Assembly (NCBI GenBank): GCA_964199315.1
Contig: OZ116699.1
Span: 13,516,001-13,580,000 of the forward strand
DNA from: Orbicella franksi
Lineage: Eukaryota
Length of the DNA stretch: 64,000 nt
Direction: 5' to 3'
Position numbers and translations under genes: made by a program. The stretch's first letter is position 1, and each line of letters opens with the position of its first letter. The notes under the pieces are model-generated. The model made no database searches, was not told where the DNA came from, and saw only the letters and a list, made by a program, of their open reading frames with translations. This document shows positions 61,287 through 64,000 of the stretch, in pieces.

Positions 61287-62209
61287 TAGGGACCTTAAGA
61301 TGTCAGGACAGGACGACCTAAGACGGCTATCCCAAGTAAATTTACTCAACTGGGCATGTGCACAAGAACTCTCGACTCATTTCTCTGCCGTTGTCATCTC
61401 ATCGAGGACGCCATTTGGCCCGACTTACCATCATATGGACAACATGAGTACTTTGCTCTTGTTTTGACCTGGAAATGTTCCAGTCGACCTTATTTTCAGT
61501 TACATTGATGAGAATGTTTATTGGGTTCACATTTTTCGTGATTGCAGTGTAGAAATACTACGCTGAAATACGAAAAAAAATGTGAACTAAAATATTCCTT
61601 GTCTCTGTTCATTTGTGTTTCTGTAGTCACTGTTCAGTCGCTGTCATGAGTGTACAAGCTCAAAACGAAATACAAACCGTGTGCATTGAGAATCCATCAG
61701 TGTAAGTACAGTCGATAAAATGTTGTAAGAATGAGTGCCATGAAAGCATTCATCCAGCAAATAAAATGCACAGTTGCAAACTGATGTTTACTGTTGTTTT
61801 GATGTAATGTTTGTTTTATTTTTATAATGCTTGTTACAATTACAGATGGAAATCAAAATGTTCACCCAATGTCAGGGTTCTCTAACGACAGGATTCTCAA
61901 AGTCCTCAAACGCTCGGTAGTAAAAAGCCATCTGAAGTAGGTCGATCAGGTTGTTCGTTTATTTTTTCGTAGGAAAATTCTGATTTCTTTATTACAAAGA
62001 AAGAAGAATAAATTCAGTATTGACTGTTCACCATCATTTAAACTTAATAGGATGAGATTTCTACCATCTCTTTAGTCTACGTTGACGCCGCTGTCCTTTA
62101 CGAAAATACACATCTTAGCATTTTGTCGTTGGGGACACGACGGGACCCGCGAAAGTTTCCCGCGTCCACTGCCGTCCTGGCCTTCCCGTCCTCGTAACTA
62201 AGGTCCCTA
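61287..62209. mobile_element. Possible non-autonomous DNA element with TAGGGACCTTA termini
   Basis: TAGGGACCTTA at 61287 and TAAGGTCCCTA ending at 62209; no clear TSD. Confidence 0.35.
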
Positions 62210-64000
62210 TTACTAAACTGCAGAAGAAGACAAATCGATCTGTCATGAGATTCAAACCAGGTAAATCCACAATATCGTACATTGCTTGTGTTTTTTGTGA
62301 ATACATTTATATGAGCAGCAGCGCCAATGCAACATAGATGATGTAAGCTTAATTCATACAGTACGAGGTCGGATTAGTGTTAGAAACAGATCAGTAAGAG
62401 TACTTGCAAATTGCATTTGTTTTCATCTATTTTCATTGCTTATGCATGGTTTGCATTGCTTTCGTTCCTGGTACAAACCTTTAAGACTTCATATTTTGTA
62501 CTGTACCTAAACAAAATAACATTCCTTCTCGTACGCTGGCCGTCAACCATTCATGAATACTAAACAAGATTATGCTTTGGTTTATTGACCCAGTTACATG
62601 TATTCGTCGTTCTATCCCGTGTTGCTAGGGTAATCAAGCCTGTAAAAGGAATCAGCCCTATTTCCGCTGGTTTAATACAATATTCGACAGCAATATTGCC
62701 TCTTGTTGTTGCGTTATTTTCATTTTAAAGGTCTCAAGCTTGATGAAAATCGAAGACACGGCTTGTTTAATCGGACAGTCAGATTATTTGCCTAAGGTCG
62801 ACAAAAACTTTCAGTTCGAATCTGATCTTCAACTTTTCCTACAACTGATACTATCAATGTACAAATTAAACGAGGTTTTTAAGCAAAAAGGCATACCAAA
62901 TACATCTAATTTCCATAACTATAGTCAGCTTATTAATAACGGTTGCTGTTTGCCTTCAAAACAAAGCTAAGCTACGCAGCTAACTTCGATGCAGCGGAGG
63001 AAAATAATCTACAAGGTCCCTCTTGATTCAGCTCAGAAAAAAGTGAGGCAATGAAAATGGAAACAAATAACTAACCTGGCTTAACCATTGCGATCAAAAT
63101 CCGTGAGTTGTAAGCGTATTTCTGAAGAAAGAGTTCCACATTTCCTCGAGGCCCAGATTAAAATGGCTTTGTTCTGCTTCCCGACGTTCATTGCGATATG
63201 ACAATACGAAGAAAGGGACGAGGGAGGAGTGGGGGTGGGGTGCTGGGTCCATAAATTGGTTTTTCCAACGTCTTGTCTATTTGAACTTTCCCGAAGACAG
63301 TTTTCAGGATGGGAGAGTGGAACCCTCTCTCCACAAATTTACGACCGTTTCTTTTAAAATCATCGTAATTGTTAGGGTCACTCATTTTGGACGAAATCAT
63401 TCACTCTTATGTTTCCATAAATACTTTCATTTCTTTTCCGCTTGTACACAAGTAGCACAACACGCCCCTAAGCATTTGTTTTCCACCAAACCTTTTCCAA
63501 AAGGCATTTGAAGTCTCTCTGGTATTTTATTTCTTAAAATAACTTTAAAATGAAAGTCCAGATATTCAAAATGTGATTTTTATCTGGCGGGAAATTGATC
63601 TAGTGTATTTTCAAATTTACATTGCAAATTCTTCCAAAAGCGCACGCTGAAGCGGCTAATTTATTCATCAGAAGTGGTCTGCGAACAAGTCTTCGGTGAC
63701 TCTTGCTTCGTTTACAATATTACCAGAAAAAAACGAGGAAACCTTGCAACAATAAGATGGTAAAGGTCAGCTCGAGAAGGCAGATGTACATCGTAACTAT
63801 GTACAGATCATTTGAGGCCGATAAAAAGGTGGAAATCCAGCAAAATCTGACGATTCGGCAAAAGCGCGAGGGAACACGTGTAAAGACAGAGTTAAGCTTG
63901 TTGATCAAGTCCTGTTTGTCACCGGCTGGGATATTTTAGAGGTCAGTGGTAGAATCTAGCACAGTAACCACCACAAAAATGATAAACATCTCCTCGTGTG

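Overview
Eukaryotic, AT-rich, intron-rich animal genomic DNA. The repeat families resemble those I associate with anthozoans (stony corals); this is an inference. I reconstructed six spliced protein-coding genes by hand from GT-AG boundaries and phase-consistent exons: DDRGK1 (+, 5'-partial), two tandem minus-strand HAD phosphatases resembling bacterial YqaB, CFAP58 (+, 18 exons), a smoothelin-like CH-domain gene (-) and an RNF24/RNF122-like TM-RING-H2 ligase (-) that the ORF track does not show. The introns hold many MITEs and SINEs and one full-length but frameshifted RTE-clade LINE. Most notable: (1) an HDV-like self-cleaving ribozyme fold at the 5' boundary of that RTE, which sits antisense about 40 nt upstream of a DDRGK1 splice acceptor; (2) the intron-containing, duplicated bacterial-type sugar-phosphatase pair; (3) a 49-nt copy of a smoothelin exon fused to a retroelement-like tail inside the same gene. 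Family assignments come from remembered motifs, not database searches. I found no evidence for a wholly new multi-gene system.
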